The translations under genes were made by a program, and so were the position numbers. From contig NC_007614.1 of NCBI RefSeq assembly GCF_000196355.1, positions 390,001-422,000 on the forward strand: 32,000 nucleotides of DNA, written 5' to 3'. The notes beneath the pieces are model-generated. The model did no database searches and was not told the origin of the DNA. It was given only the letters and a program-made list of their open reading frames with translations. Source of the stretch: Nitrosospira multiformis ATCC 25196 (GTDB taxonomy: Bacteria > Pseudomonadota > Gammaproteobacteria > Burkholderiales > Nitrosomonadaceae). Positions 23,613 through 32,000 of this stretch are shown here, one piece after another (the first letter of the stretch is position 1; every line of letters starts with the position of its first letter).

Positions 23613-23783
23613 TTACGGGTTCCCCAGCCTGAATATAAAGTGCGACAGGATAAGCTCATTCGCCCCGGCTTCCTTGATATCCGCGCTCAAATGGCGAAGT
23701 TCGAGTAACTTGGCGTAGAAATATAGCAAGAGATCAAGGTATTGTGTAGAAAAGATGATCTCGTGCTTCCGGTTCGTTTGCAT
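23613..23783 (-). CDS. Hypothetical small protein, 56 aa (MQTNRKHEIIFSTQYLDLLLYFYAKLLELRHLSADIKEAGANELILSHFIFRLGNP). It is below the 60-aa cutoff of the supplied ORF track.
   Basis: I found it by hand-translating the suhB-prsT gap. The sequence is helix-like and amphipathic and has a coding-like third-position bias. It has no convincing SD, and a junk-looking 71-aa ORF is open on the opposite strand. Confidence 0.35.
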   Translation of the reverse strand: MQTNRKHEIIFSTQYLDLLLYFYAKLLELRHLSADIKEAGANELILSHFIFRLGNP

Positions 23784-23888
23784 TGGTTATCGGTATTCGC
23801 CTGAGGCCGCGGAGCAGCGTAGCCTATAGTATTGTATTGCGAGATTCGCATGGAGGCTGTGGACTAGAAGTTTTCCTCTCAAAGCTCA

Positions 23889-23914
23889 CAGGAGGAAACT
23901 CCTGCCTATCTTTT
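23889..23914 (+). other. Hairpin CAGGAG-GAAA-CTCCTG followed by CCTATCTTTT. It is terminator-like on the + strand and lies within a cluster of mutually exclusive inverted repeats.
   Basis: Read directly. Overlapping alternative pairings are TTTCCTC (23872-78) with GAGGAAA (23892-98), and CTCACAG (23885-91) with CTGTGAG (23935-41). Confidence 0.35.
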
Positions 23915-23950
23915 CGCGTTTCGAAGCTGTGAGTCGGCCAGGGCCGCAAG

Positions 23951-24733
23951 CTATCGATGTGCGCGTACCCAGTCGCGCCATTGCATGAAAAGATTCAGAT
24001 CAAGGGCAGCAATGGCTGAGCGCTGCCAGAGGGGCTCGGTCCAGAAATCATCTTCGTTCAAACCGCACATGTGACCGCCTGCTTCTTCCAGAATCAGGCT
24101 GCCTGCGGCATAGTCCCATAGTTTCTGACCGCCGTGCAGATACAGGTCAAAGCGTCCGGCAGCGGTGTAACACCATTCCAGAGCACAGGAGCCGAAGTTG
24201 CGCTGGGAAGAAAACGGCTTTGCCGTAGAGACTTCCTGGGCTAGCCTGCGGCCGAGCCGTTTCAGATCCACGCTCGCAATAGCCGCACAGAGCGGCGGTA
24301 CATCTTCCTTTATCGGCAATTTTTCCCCATTCAGGAATGCGCCCCTGCCTTTTTCGGCATAGAACATTTCATCCGCCACTGGATTGTAAACCACTCCCAG
24401 AACGCTTCTCCCCTGTCGCATCAGTGCCACAGAAACGGCAAAGTAGGACAAACCATTGACGAAATTGGAAGTTCCGTCTATCGGATCCATGCACCAAAGT
24501 CCCGCCTCGCCTTCCCGCCAGTGTGCGACCTGCTCGTTTTCCGTCATTTCTTCTCCAACCACTGGACCGGGATAGATCTTCCTCAGCTCGCGCGCGAGCG
24601 CTTCCTGTGTGGCAAGATCAGCTTCCGTGAACAGGCTTCCATCGACCTTGCGCTGGCGCGCAACTTTCATATAGCGCGGCAGAATTTCCTGCTGGGCAAC
24701 TGCTTTGACGGCAGCGATAACTGCATCAATCAC
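23951..24733 (-). CDS. suhB: Inositol monophosphatase family protein (SuhB-like)
   Basis: Motifs GEE (metal site), WCMDPIDGTSNF and the C-terminal WDYAAG, in a 260-aa protein. Confidence 0.85.
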   Translation of the reverse strand: MIDAVIAAVKAVAQQEILPRYMKVARQRKVDGSLFTEADLATQEALARELRKIYPGPVVGEEMTENEQVAHWREGEAGLWCMDPIDGTSNFVNGLSYFAVSVALMRQGRSVLGVVYNPVADEMFYAEKGRGAFLNGEKLPIKEDVPPLCAAIASVDLKRLGRRLAQEVSTAKPFSSQRNFGSCALEWCYTAAGRFDLYLHGGQKLWDYAAGSLILEEAGGHMCGLNEDDFWTEPLWQRSAIAALDLNLFMQWRDWVRAHR

Positions 24734-24736
24734 CGG

Positions 24737-25294
24737 CTAATCCGCTCGCCATTTGATGGAGCAGCCGATGCTGGGAATCTGGTCCTTCGGACCACCGCCG
24801 GTGCGGGCCACCTGAAGCATTCCTTCGAAAAGGTCGCGCCGCGCATCCACCGGCGCGGCTTCCTTCCGGGAAGCATCCAGGCGGCCGCGATACTGCAATT
24901 CGAGCTTGTGATTGAAGCCGAAAAAATCCGGCGTGCAGACTGCGCCATATGCCTTTGCTACTTCCTGCGTTTCATCCCAGACATAGGGAAAGGGGTAGGC
25001 ATATTCCCGGGCTACGCGCCCCATGTTTTCAAATGAGTCCTCGGGGTAGTCCGATGGATCGTTGGACATGATTGCGATAGCACCGATACCCTGCTCACGC
25101 AATTCCTTGACGTCGCGGATGATGCGTTCGCGCACGGCCTTCACATAAGGACAATGATTGCAGATGAACATCACCAGCAATCCTTTTTCACCCTTGACTG
25201 AGGCCAGATTGTAATGTTTTCCATCTACTCCCGGTAAATTGAAATCAATTGCTTTCCAGCCGAAATCACAGACTGGTGTTTCCAGGCTCGCCAT
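24737..25294 (-). CDS. Thioredoxin-fold protein (AhpC/TSA-TlpA-like) with a CxxC-type motif C-N-H-C
   Basis: ...GLLVMFICNHCPYVKAV... in a 185-aa protein. Its stop lies 3 nt before the suhB start, so it is probably co-transcribed with suhB. Confidence 0.7.
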   Translation of the reverse strand: MASLETPVCDFGWKAIDFNLPGVDGKHYNLASVKGEKGLLVMFICNHCPYVKAVRERIIRDVKELREQGIGAIAIMSNDPSDYPEDSFENMGRVAREYAYPFPYVWDETQEVAKAYGAVCTPDFFGFNHKLELQYRGRLDASRKEAAPVDARRDLFEGMLQVARTGGGPKDQIPSIGCSIKWRAD

Positions 25295-25518
25295 ATTTTT
25301 CCCCCAGATTTCATTTCCTTATAACGAATACCAGATGTCGTTTCCTGCGCTATTCGGGCAGAAGCCGAGCAGTGTCTTTTCGCAGAAGCTTGTCGTGCGG
25401 ATATAATTGAAAGCAGCGCGGCCATCTCGACAGCGTTTGTTCAAGCAGGACTGCTGAGACCCAATACTATCATGAGAAAGGCGCATTGATCGCTCCACCG
25501 TCCGATACTGAATATGCA

Positions 25519-26286
25519 ATGACGCTTCCCCGCTTTTACTGCCCTATCGAAATTCTTGCGGGACAGACCCTGGAATTGCCCTCAGCAGTTGCGCATCATG
25601 CCGCTCGCGTCCTGAGACTCGAGGCAGGCGATGAAGTCGTGTTGTTCAATGGCGACGGTGGAGAATTCACGTGTGTCATTTTGCGAGCCAGCAAGCAGGG
25701 TGTGGATGTTGTCGTCGAAAGGCATGTACAGGTCGAGCGCGAATCCCCGCTTACCATTCTGCTTGCTCAAGCGGTGTGCATGGGTGAAAAGATGGACTGG
25801 ATCGTGCAGAAAGCAGTGGAACTGGGTGTAACCCGGATTCAGCCTCTCATTACCAAGCAGAGTGTCGTGAGACTTGGCGGCGAACGCGGGGAAAAACGCG
25901 TGAGCCATTTGCAAAAAGTCGTTATCTCCGCATGCGAGCAATGCGGCAGAAACCATGTGCCGGAAGTGCTGCCGCTCGCGACCCTCCGGAACTGGCTGGG
26001 TAGGCAAACCGAAGCACGCAGAATGTCCAGTGACAGTCTTTCCCCCGATGCTTGCTTCATGCTCTCGCCTTTTGCAACAAAGGGTTTGCGGGATTTCAAG
26101 CACTCTTCGAATATCGGCTCGATCATTTTGCTCGTGGGGCCCGAAGGAGGGTTTACCCAGGATGAGGAAGCGGCTGCAATGGTTGCGGGTTTCATTCCAT
26201 TGCGTCTGGGTCACCGCATACTGCGAACGGAGAGCGCCGCACTGGCGGCAGTGGGAGCAATGCAGGCGCTATGGGGTGATTATTGA
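25519..26286 (+). CDS. rsmE: 16S rRNA (uracil1498-N3)-methyltransferase RsmE
   Basis: The N-terminus MTLPRFYCP...L....HH..VLRL..GD.V.LFNG.G and the C-terminus ...LVGPEGGF...E........GF....LG.RILRTE.A match RsmE. I prefer the ATG at 25519 over the TTG at 25486. Confidence 0.85.
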   Translation: MTLPRFYCPIEILAGQTLELPSAVAHHAARVLRLEAGDEVVLFNGDGGEFTCVILRASKQGVDVVVERHVQVERESPLTILLAQAVCMGEKMDWIVQKAVELGVTRIQPLITKQSVVRLGGERGEKRVSHLQKVVISACEQCGRNHVPEVLPLATLRNWLGRQTEARRMSSDSLSPDACFMLSPFATKGLRDFKHSSNIGSIILLVGPEGGFTQDEEAAAMVAGFIPLRLGHRILRTESAALAAVGAMQALWGDY

Positions 26287-26288
26287 TC

Positions 26289-27617
26289 ATGGATTTTGTG
26301 ACCTGGTTCCGGTCGGTAGCGCCTTATATCAACAGCTTCCGTCATAAAGTTTTCGTAGTCGCTTTCGGCGGGGAAGTCGTTGCGGACGGGAAATTCATCG
26401 AACTCGTACACGATCTCAATCTGCTCGCCAGCTTAGGCGTACGTCTGGTGCTGGTGCACGGTGCGCGCCCACAGATCGAGTCGCGCTTAAACGAACATGA
26501 TCTGCAGACGACATATATACGGGGTATGCGCGTCACCGATGCGGCTGCGTTGCAGTGTGTCAAGGAATCGATAGGGCGGGTACGTGTCGAAATCGAAGCG
26601 CTGCTGTCAATGGGTTTGCCGAATTCACCGATGGCCAACGCTGCAATTCGCGTCGCCAGCGGCAACTTTGTTACTGCACGGCCAATCGGCGTGATAGAGG
26701 GTATTGACCTGATGCATACCGGAGAAGTACGCAAGGTGGATATTTCCGCCATCCGCTCGCGGCTCGAGCAGGGTGAGTTGGCATTACTGTCGCCGCTTGG
26801 CTACTCCCCTACCGGCGAGATCTTTAATTTGACACTGGAAAATGTCGCAGCTGAGGCTGCAATCGCTCTCAAGGCCGAGAAACTCATATTTCTGATGGAT
26901 ACCCAGGGGATCGAAAAGAGCACTGCAGACAGCGAACAGGCGTTGCTGCTGCGGGAACTGACGGTGGGGGAGGGCAGGAGCCTACTTAAGGAGTTTGGGA
27001 GGAAAATGGTACAACTTGCCGAGGATGCGCAGCTTTATCTGCCTTTTGCCCTGCACGCCTGTGAACGCGGAGTATCGCGCGTCCACCTCATAAGCCGGCA
27101 CGTGGATGGCGCTATTTTACAGGAGCTATTCACCCACAGCGGCATCGGGACAATGATATCCGAAGGTCCGTTGCAAAACCTGCGGGATGCCCGAATAGAG
27201 GACGTGGGCGCGATTTTGCAACTGATCGAGCCTCTCGAAGCGGACGGGACGTTGGTGCGGCGGAGTCGCGAGTTGCTGGAGATGGAGATTGATCGTTTCG
27301 TCGTGATCGAGCATGATCGCATGATTGTCGGCTGTGCGGCGCTCTATCCTTTTCCGGACGACATGGCGGGCGAGCTCGCCTGTCTTACCGTTCATCCTGA
27401 CTATCGTAGTGCGGGCTGTGGAGATGCGCTGCTCAAGGCTATCGAGGCGAAGGCGAGATCCCAGGGCAGTAAAAAACTGTTCGTCCTTACCACCCGGACA
27501 GCCCACTGGTTCGTCGAGCGCGGCTTCCTTTCAGCAGACGTCAGTCAATTACCCAAGGTGAAGCAGGGGCTATACAATTATCAACGGCGCTCGAAGGTAT
27601 TTATGAAACCCCTTTAA
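26289..27617 (+). CDS. argA: Amino-acid N-acetyltransferase (N-acetylglutamate synthase); amino-acid-kinase domain plus C-terminal GNAT domain
   Basis: [23 protein letters not shown] resembles the E. coli ArgA N-terminus. The C-terminal GNAT region contains the motif [14 protein letters not shown]. The ATG at 26289 begins 3 nt after the rsmE stop; the track's TTG at 26283 would overlap rsmE by 4 nt. Confidence 0.9.
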   Translation: MDFVTWFRSVAPYINSFRHKVFVVAFGGEVVADGKFIELVHDLNLLASLGVRLVLVHGARPQIESRLNEHDLQTTYIRGMRVTDAAALQCVKESIGRVRVEIEALLSMGLPNSPMANAAIRVASGNFVTARPIGVIEGIDLMHTGEVRKVDISAIRSRLEQGELALLSPLGYSPTGEIFNLTLENVAAEAAIALKAEKLIFLMDTQGIEKSTADSEQALLLRELTVGEGRSLLKEFGRKMVQLAEDAQLYLPFALHACERGVSRVHLISRHVDGAILQELFTHSGIGTMISEGPLQNLRDARIEDVGAILQLIEPLEADGTLVRRSRELLEMEIDRFVVIEHDRMIVGCAALYPFPDDMAGELACLTVHPDYRSAGCGDALLKAIEAKARSQGSKKLFVLTTRTAHWFVERGFLSADVSQLPKVKQGLYNYQRRSKVFMKPL

Positions 27618-27724
27618 CCAGCCCTCAGATTCTGGCTGCTGGAGCGACTATCCTGTCGCGTAATCAAACGGTGCGGCGCACGGCGCTCTGGTGGTCTGCC
27701 TTTTGTTATATTTCGGAGACAGCA

Positions 27725-27997
27725 ATGGGAAGAACCGTAAATTGCATCAAGCTCGGGCGGGAGCTGGAAGGTCTGGATTTTCCGCCTTATCCTGGCGAGC
27801 TGGGAAAGCGTATTTTTGAGAATGTCTCGAAAGAGGCATGGGCGGGCTGGATCAGGCACCAAACCATGCTGGTCAACGAGTATCATTTGAATCTGTCGGA
27901 CATCAAGGCGCGCAAATATCTGGCCGAACAGCTGGATGCGTATTTCTTTGGAAGCGGTGCGGAACAACCTCGCGGCTATGTGCCTCTTGCCAAATAA
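27725..27997 (+). CDS. yggX: Fe(2+)-trafficking / oxidative-damage protection protein YggX
   Basis: A 90-aa protein, [52 protein letters not shown]..., that aligns along its whole length with E. coli YggX as I recall it. Confidence 0.9.
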   Translation: MGRTVNCIKLGRELEGLDFPPYPGELGKRIFENVSKEAWAGWIRHQTMLVNEYHLNLSDIKARKYLAEQLDAYFFGSGAEQPRGYVPLAK

Positions 27998-28051
27998 TGT
28001 CGGAGAGCACGGCAGCTTGAAGTGATTGCATTGGATATATTCAGAGACGGC

Positions 28052-30127
28052 ATGACCGATTCCAGAGCTTCCGGTCAATTCCTCAATCGAGAGGTTGGCC
28101 AGATTGAATTCAACCGAAGGGTGCTTGCCCAAGCGGAAAATGAGGAAACCCCCCTTCTTGAGCGCCTGAAGTTTCTTTGCATTGTCAGCAGTAACCTGGA
28201 CGAGTTCTTCGAGGTTCGTGTCGCGGGGATCAAGGAGCAGATCAAACTCGATACACGCGGTTTTGATCCAGCTGGCATGCTACCGCATCAGATATTCAAA
28301 TTGGTGAGCGAGCAGGCGCATGCGCTGGTGGCGCGGCAGTACGCGTTGCTGAACCAGCAGATTTTGCCCGGCCTTGCCAATGAGGGAATCCATTTTCTGC
28401 GGCGCGCGACCTGGAATGACGCACAGCGCACGTGGATCAAGTCTTACTTCTTTCGCGAAATGATGCCGGTGCTGACTCCCATCGGTCTTGACATTTCACA
28501 CCCCTTTCCTCGAGTGCTTAACAAGAGTCTGAATTTTGCAGTAGAACTCGAGGGCAAGGACGCCTTCGGGCGTAATTCCGGAGTTGCCATCGTGCAGGCC
28601 CCGCGCGTGCTGCCCAGGCTGATTCAGTTGCCGCCTGAAATCAGCAGCAGCACTTATAATTTCGTGTTTCTCTCTTCCATCCTGCATGCACACGTAGGGG
28701 AATTATTCGCCGGGATGAATGTGCTCGGCTGCTATCAATTCCGCGCCACGCGCAATAGCGATCTGTTCGTGGATGAGGAAGAGGTCAAGAATCTGCGCAT
28801 TGCGCTACAGGGTGAACTGCCGCAGCGCCATTTCGGCAACGCGGTGAGACTGGAAGTGGCGGACAACTGTCCCCCGCATATGTCGGCCTTTCTGCTGGAG
28901 CAGCTCGGCCTTGCCCAGGAGGATTTCTATCAGGTAGAGGGGCCCGTAAACCTGGCGCGGATGATGCACGTCTTCGAACGTATAGACCGGCCTGATCTGC
29001 GATATCTGTCTTTCATCCCGGGTTTGCCGCTGACGCTGCAAAAGAAAAAAGCGTCCGACATTTTTCAGTTGATTCGCAAGAACGATATCCTGTTACACCA
29101 TCCCTATCAGTCGTTTCAGCCGGTGATTCATTTTCTCCAGCAGGCTGCAACCGATCCCGATGTGGTCGCCATCAAGCAGACCGTATATCGTACCGGTGCC
29201 GATTCCCAGGTCATGACCGCCCTTATCGCCGCTGCGAGCAGCGGAAAAGAGGTCACCGTGGTGGTGGAGCTGCTGGCCCGGTTTGATGAAGAGGCCAATA
29301 TCAACTGGGCCAGCCGGCTGGAGAATGTGGGGGCGCATGTGGTGTATGGAGTGGTAGGCCATAAGACACATGCAAAGATGGCAATGATAGTGCGGCGTGA
29401 GGAGGGCAGCCTTCGGCGTTACGTGCATGTCGGCACCGGCAATTATCATGCCAGCACCGCCCGGCTTTATACCGATTTCGGCTTGTTCAGCTGCCAGGAG
29501 GATTTCTGCGCCGATGTGAACGAGGTTTTCACGCAGCTTACGGGACTGGGCAAGGCGGGAAAACTCAAATATCTCTGGCAATCTCCCTTCAGTTTCCATA
29601 GCCAGATGATCGCCTCCATTGAGAACGAAGCCCAGAATGCGAAAGCAGGAAAGCCTGCCCGAATTATCGCAAAGATGAACGCATTGCTGGAACCGGGGGT
29701 TATCAAGGCCCTCTATGCCGCTTCCGAGGCAGGCGTAAAGATCGATCTCATTGTTCGCGGGGTTTGCGCCCTGCGGCCCGGCATCAAAGGGCTCTCGGAG
29801 AACATTCGGGTACGCTCCATTATCGGCCGCTTTCTCGAGCACAGCCGGATTTTCTATTTTCGCAATGGCGGTGCTTACGATATCTACCTTTCCAGCGCCG
29901 ACTGGATGGATCGAAACTTTTTTCGAAGGATCGAGATCTGCTTTCCGGTTCTGGAGCCAAAGCTGAAAAAGCGCGTGCTCGAGGAAGGTCTGTATGTATT
30001 TCTGAAGGACAATTGCCAAGCCTGGGAAATGGACAGCGAGGGTCGTTATCATCTGAGGCAGTCCGGTCAGCGCAAGAAGCAAAGTGCTCAGGAGACGCTG
30101 CTGATGGAACTGGCCGCCGCGCAATAG
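28052..30127 (+). CDS. ppk: Polyphosphate kinase 1
   Basis: FLNREVGQIEFNRRVLAQAE..TPLLERLKFLCIVSSNLDEFFEVRV, then ...GHKTHAKMAMIVRRE (the phosphohistidine region) and two C-terminal PLD-like domains. I prefer the ATG at 28052 (691 aa) over the GTG at 28022. Confidence 0.95.
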   Translation: MTDSRASGQFLNREVGQIEFNRRVLAQAENEETPLLERLKFLCIVSSNLDEFFEVRVAGIKEQIKLDTRGFDPAGMLPHQIFKLVSEQAHALVARQYALLNQQILPGLANEGIHFLRRATWNDAQRTWIKSYFFREMMPVLTPIGLDISHPFPRVLNKSLNFAVELEGKDAFGRNSGVAIVQAPRVLPRLIQLPPEISSSTYNFVFLSSILHAHVGELFAGMNVLGCYQFRATRNSDLFVDEEEVKNLRIALQGELPQRHFGNAVRLEVADNCPPHMSAFLLEQLGLAQEDFYQVEGPVNLARMMHVFERIDRPDLRYLSFIPGLPLTLQKKKASDIFQLIRKNDILLHHPYQSFQPVIHFLQQAATDPDVVAIKQTVYRTGADSQVMTALIAAASSGKEVTVVVELLARFDEEANINWASRLENVGAHVVYGVVGHKTHAKMAMIVRREEGSLRRYVHVGTGNYHASTARLYTDFGLFSCQEDFCADVNEVFTQLTGLGKAGKLKYLWQSPFSFHSQMIASIENEAQNAKAGKPARIIAKMNALLEPGVIKALYAASEAGVKIDLIVRGVCALRPGIKGLSENIRVRSIIGRFLEHSRIFYFRNGGAYDIYLSSADWMDRNFFRRIEICFPVLEPKLKKRVLEEGLYVFLKDNCQAWEMDSEGRYHLRQSGQRKKQSAQETLLMELAAAQ

Positions 30128-30198
30128 AGGCGGTAGTTCTCAGGAATTTGGCGTTATGCCCTGGCAGTAAATAGCCGCTCCGATAATCGGAAAAAACC

Positions 30199-31758
30199 AT
30201 GCCGCTCGAAATCGAACTCAAATTAAGATTATCACCCGAGGACGTCGGCCGGCTTCGAGGTGATCCGTTACTGACATCGCTTACTGTCTCCCGCCCCGTT
30301 AGCCAGAAACTTTTCACTGCCTATTACGACACACCTGATCTGTATCTTCAGAGGCATCAGATGGCGCTCCGGTTGCGACATATCGGAAGAAAATGGATAC
30401 AGTCCATCAAAGGAGGGGGGGAAGCTGCTCTTGGATTGCATCAGCGTCACGAATGGGAATCCATGGTGCCGACAGGGCGACCCGATTTCTCTCAAATAAC
30501 CGATCCGTCTCTCATCCGCCTGTTCGACGGTGCCGAATCGCACGGTCAATTATGTGTTCTGTTTACGACCGACTTCCAGCGCAGCAAGCGCGTGTTGCGC
30601 CTGGTGGACGGAAGCGAGATCGAATTTTCGCTGGATCGGGGAGTGATCAGAACGCCGGCTGATTTTACCAGCGAGATTTGTGAAATCGAGCTCGAACTGA
30701 AGTCGGGAAGTGCGCAGTCGCTATACCAGTTCGCGCTGGATATATTGCACATCGTTCCTTTCAGATTGGAAAACACAAGCAAAGCCGAGCGGGGCTATAG
30801 ACTCGTTACCGGCTTCAAACCCACGCCCATCAGGGCGGCAGCTGTTCGACTCGAAACGGAAATGAAATTGGGCGAAGCCATCAAGGTGATCGCTTGGAAT
30901 TGCCTGGATCACTTGCATGGCAACGAGGCAGGCATGCTACAACACCAGGATCCGGAGTATCTGCACCAGATGCGCGTGGCATTACGCAGGATACGTACAG
31001 CCCGCCGTGTTTTTGCCCGGGCATTTGCTGCAACCGGGTTTGCTTCTGCCACCTCGGACTTGAAATGGCTATCGCGTTCCCTCGGGGGGGCGCGGGACTG
31101 GGACGTATTCGTATCGGAAACATTAAGCGAAGTGAGGAATTACTTTCATGAGCGCCCCGGTATTTTTGCCTTATGGGAAGAGTGCGAGCAGATACGGCAA
31201 AACCACAATGAGGCGGCATGTGAGGCGGTAGGATCTACCCGATACACGGAGGCAATGCTGAGGCTGGGGGCTTGGCTGAACGCTGAAATCCGGCTTCTGG
31301 CACCTGATTCGCAGCAGAGTGAATTGCGAAAGACTGGGTTGGAATGGCCGGTGAAGAAATTCGCAGACAGTGCGCTGTCGCATGGGCACGAAAAATTGAA
31401 AAAGTATTACAAAAGGGCGGAAGGGCAGAGTTCAGAGGCGGTACATGCCCTGCGCATTGCGGTGAAAGAACAGCGATATACCGCTGAATTTTTCTCAGAC
31501 CTGTATCGCCGAAAAAGGGTGAAGCGCTACATCAAGTCTCTGACTGGGTTGCAGGAAACGCTGGGCGCGGTAATTGATACTACCGTGACCGAACGATTGC
31601 TGAATGAAGTCGGAGTTGCTGAAGGCAGGGACGAGAATGACGGCATGTGCGAGGCAAGGGGTATTGTCCTCGGTTGGACCGTCCAGCGTGGACTGATGAA
31701 AAGAAGTGAGCTTGATGAGATATGGGGGGATTTCGCGAAAAAGGAAGTGTTCTGGTAG
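30199..31758 (+). CDS. CYTH (triphosphate tunnel metalloenzyme) plus CHAD two-domain protein
   Basis: The N-terminal EIELKLRL is the ExExK CYTH signature. The C-terminal ~300 aa are helical and rich in His and Arg (...YLHQMRVALRRIRTARRVF...VHALRIAVKEQRYTAEFF...), as in CHAD domains. Confidence 0.85.
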   Translation: MPLEIELKLRLSPEDVGRLRGDPLLTSLTVSRPVSQKLFTAYYDTPDLYLQRHQMALRLRHIGRKWIQSIKGGGEAALGLHQRHEWESMVPTGRPDFSQITDPSLIRLFDGAESHGQLCVLFTTDFQRSKRVLRLVDGSEIEFSLDRGVIRTPADFTSEICEIELELKSGSAQSLYQFALDILHIVPFRLENTSKAERGYRLVTGFKPTPIRAAAVRLETEMKLGEAIKVIAWNCLDHLHGNEAGMLQHQDPEYLHQMRVALRRIRTARRVFARAFAATGFASATSDLKWLSRSLGGARDWDVFVSETLSEVRNYFHERPGIFALWEECEQIRQNHNEAACEAVGSTRYTEAMLRLGAWLNAEIRLLAPDSQQSELRKTGLEWPVKKFADSALSHGHEKLKKYYKRAEGQSSEAVHALRIAVKEQRYTAEFFSDLYRRKRVKRYIKSLTGLQETLGAVIDTTVTERLLNEVGVAEGRDENDGMCEARGIVLGWTVQRGLMKRSELDEIWGDFAKKEVFW

Positions 31759-31861
31759 CCGCCCCAGCCTGCCGGGGTGGTGATTGCAAGTGCAAGATCG
31801 GGGCCAGCCGGCAGCTCTGGAAGTTCGAGCAATTCGACCGGGCACTTTAGCCTCCGGTAAT

Positions 31862-31892
31862 AAAAAGGCGAACCGTATCGGCTCGCCTTTTA
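31862..31892. terminator. Bidirectional rho-independent terminator
   Basis: AAAAGGCGA (31863-31871) pairs with TCGCCTTTT (31883-31891) around an 11-nt loop. A/T runs on both sides mean it can terminate the CYTH-CHAD transcript on the + strand and a convergent - strand gene. Confidence 0.7.
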
Positions 31893-31964
31893 TCCCGTTC
31901 GAATTCCAGTTGCTTATAAAACCAGCGCTGGCGGTTGAACTGGTGGAACTGTCAGTTTGCCTGA

Positions 31965-32000
31965 TTACTTGATGACGGCTTTCAATTCCCCCTTCGCGTA
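31965..32000 (-). CDS. Possible 3' end of a - strand gene running off the window (...YAKGELKAVIK*)
   Basis: The frame is open to the window edge and ends at the TAA at 31965-31967, about 70 nt from the bidirectional terminator. Only 11 codons are visible and the product is unknown. Confidence 0.25.
   Translation of the reverse strand, partial: YAKGELKAVIK

Noticed and set aside
23493-23708. 71-aa + strand ORF upstream of prsT
   Set aside because: The sequence is implausible (MHSCSRHSTLHLCAIPVKRGPSG...). It has no RBS and is antisense to the more protein-like 56-codon ORF.
1-32000. Scan for tRNA/rRNA genes, CRISPR arrays, IS elements and long dispersed repeats
   Set aside because: I saw nothing resembling regularly spaced direct repeats, cloverleaf-capable conserved tRNA motifs or terminal inverted repeats with a transposase. 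A visual scan cannot exclude small ncRNAs.

Overview
This window looks like chromosomal DNA from a betaproteobacterium. The gene content, the roughly 50-55% GC by eye, and the PEP-CTERM genes fit a Nitrosomonadaceae-like organism, but the taxon is a low-confidence inference. The window has three blocks. (1) Positions 1-6507 are a + strand housekeeping run: the aceE 3' end, aceF, nadD, rsfS, rlmH, maf and rng. (2) Positions ~6500-23490 are a ~17 kb accessory block whose parts all point to the PEP-CTERM/exosortase world and to lipid chemistry. It holds two different N-acyl-amino-acid-synthase-like (FeeM / LuxI-related GNAT) genes. It holds a complete Lol-like envelope export set: a LolA-like periplasmic protein, a LolD-like ATPase, two LolC/E-like FtsX permeases and a DUF1302-like outer-membrane barrel. 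It also holds a UGT-type GT1 glycosyltransferase, a stand-alone E2-type acyltransferase domain whose catalytic His is replaced by Arg, one PEP-CTERM surface protein, a ThiF(E1-like)-nitroreductase fusion, and the PEP-CTERM TPR lipoprotein PrsT. No exosortase, prsK or prsR lies in the window. (3) Positions ~23950-32000 are housekeeping genes again: suhB, a thioredoxin-fold gene, rsmE, argA, yggX, ppk and a CYTH-CHAD gene. Reading the intergenic DNA directly gave several results. Two near-identical sigma-54 (-24/-12) promoters, TGGCAT-N5-TTGCT, sit in front of the PEP-CTERM gene and in front of the FeeM-like/ThiF-nitroreductase operon. The second of these forces a shorter start for the FeeM-like CDS. 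A perfect 9-bp inverted repeat lies about 100 nt upstream of that second promoter. A tandem 16-nt repeat lies in the divergent permease/glycosyltransferase control region. A 56-codon ORF falls below the 60-aa cutoff of the supplied track. Several terminators were also found. My main hypothesis is an inference and is not demonstrated. It is that the island makes, tailors and exports an acylated amino-acid-derived (glyco)lipid to the cell surface, under the same sigma-54 control as PEP-CTERM proteins. I found no tRNA, rRNA, CRISPR array, transposase or integrase.
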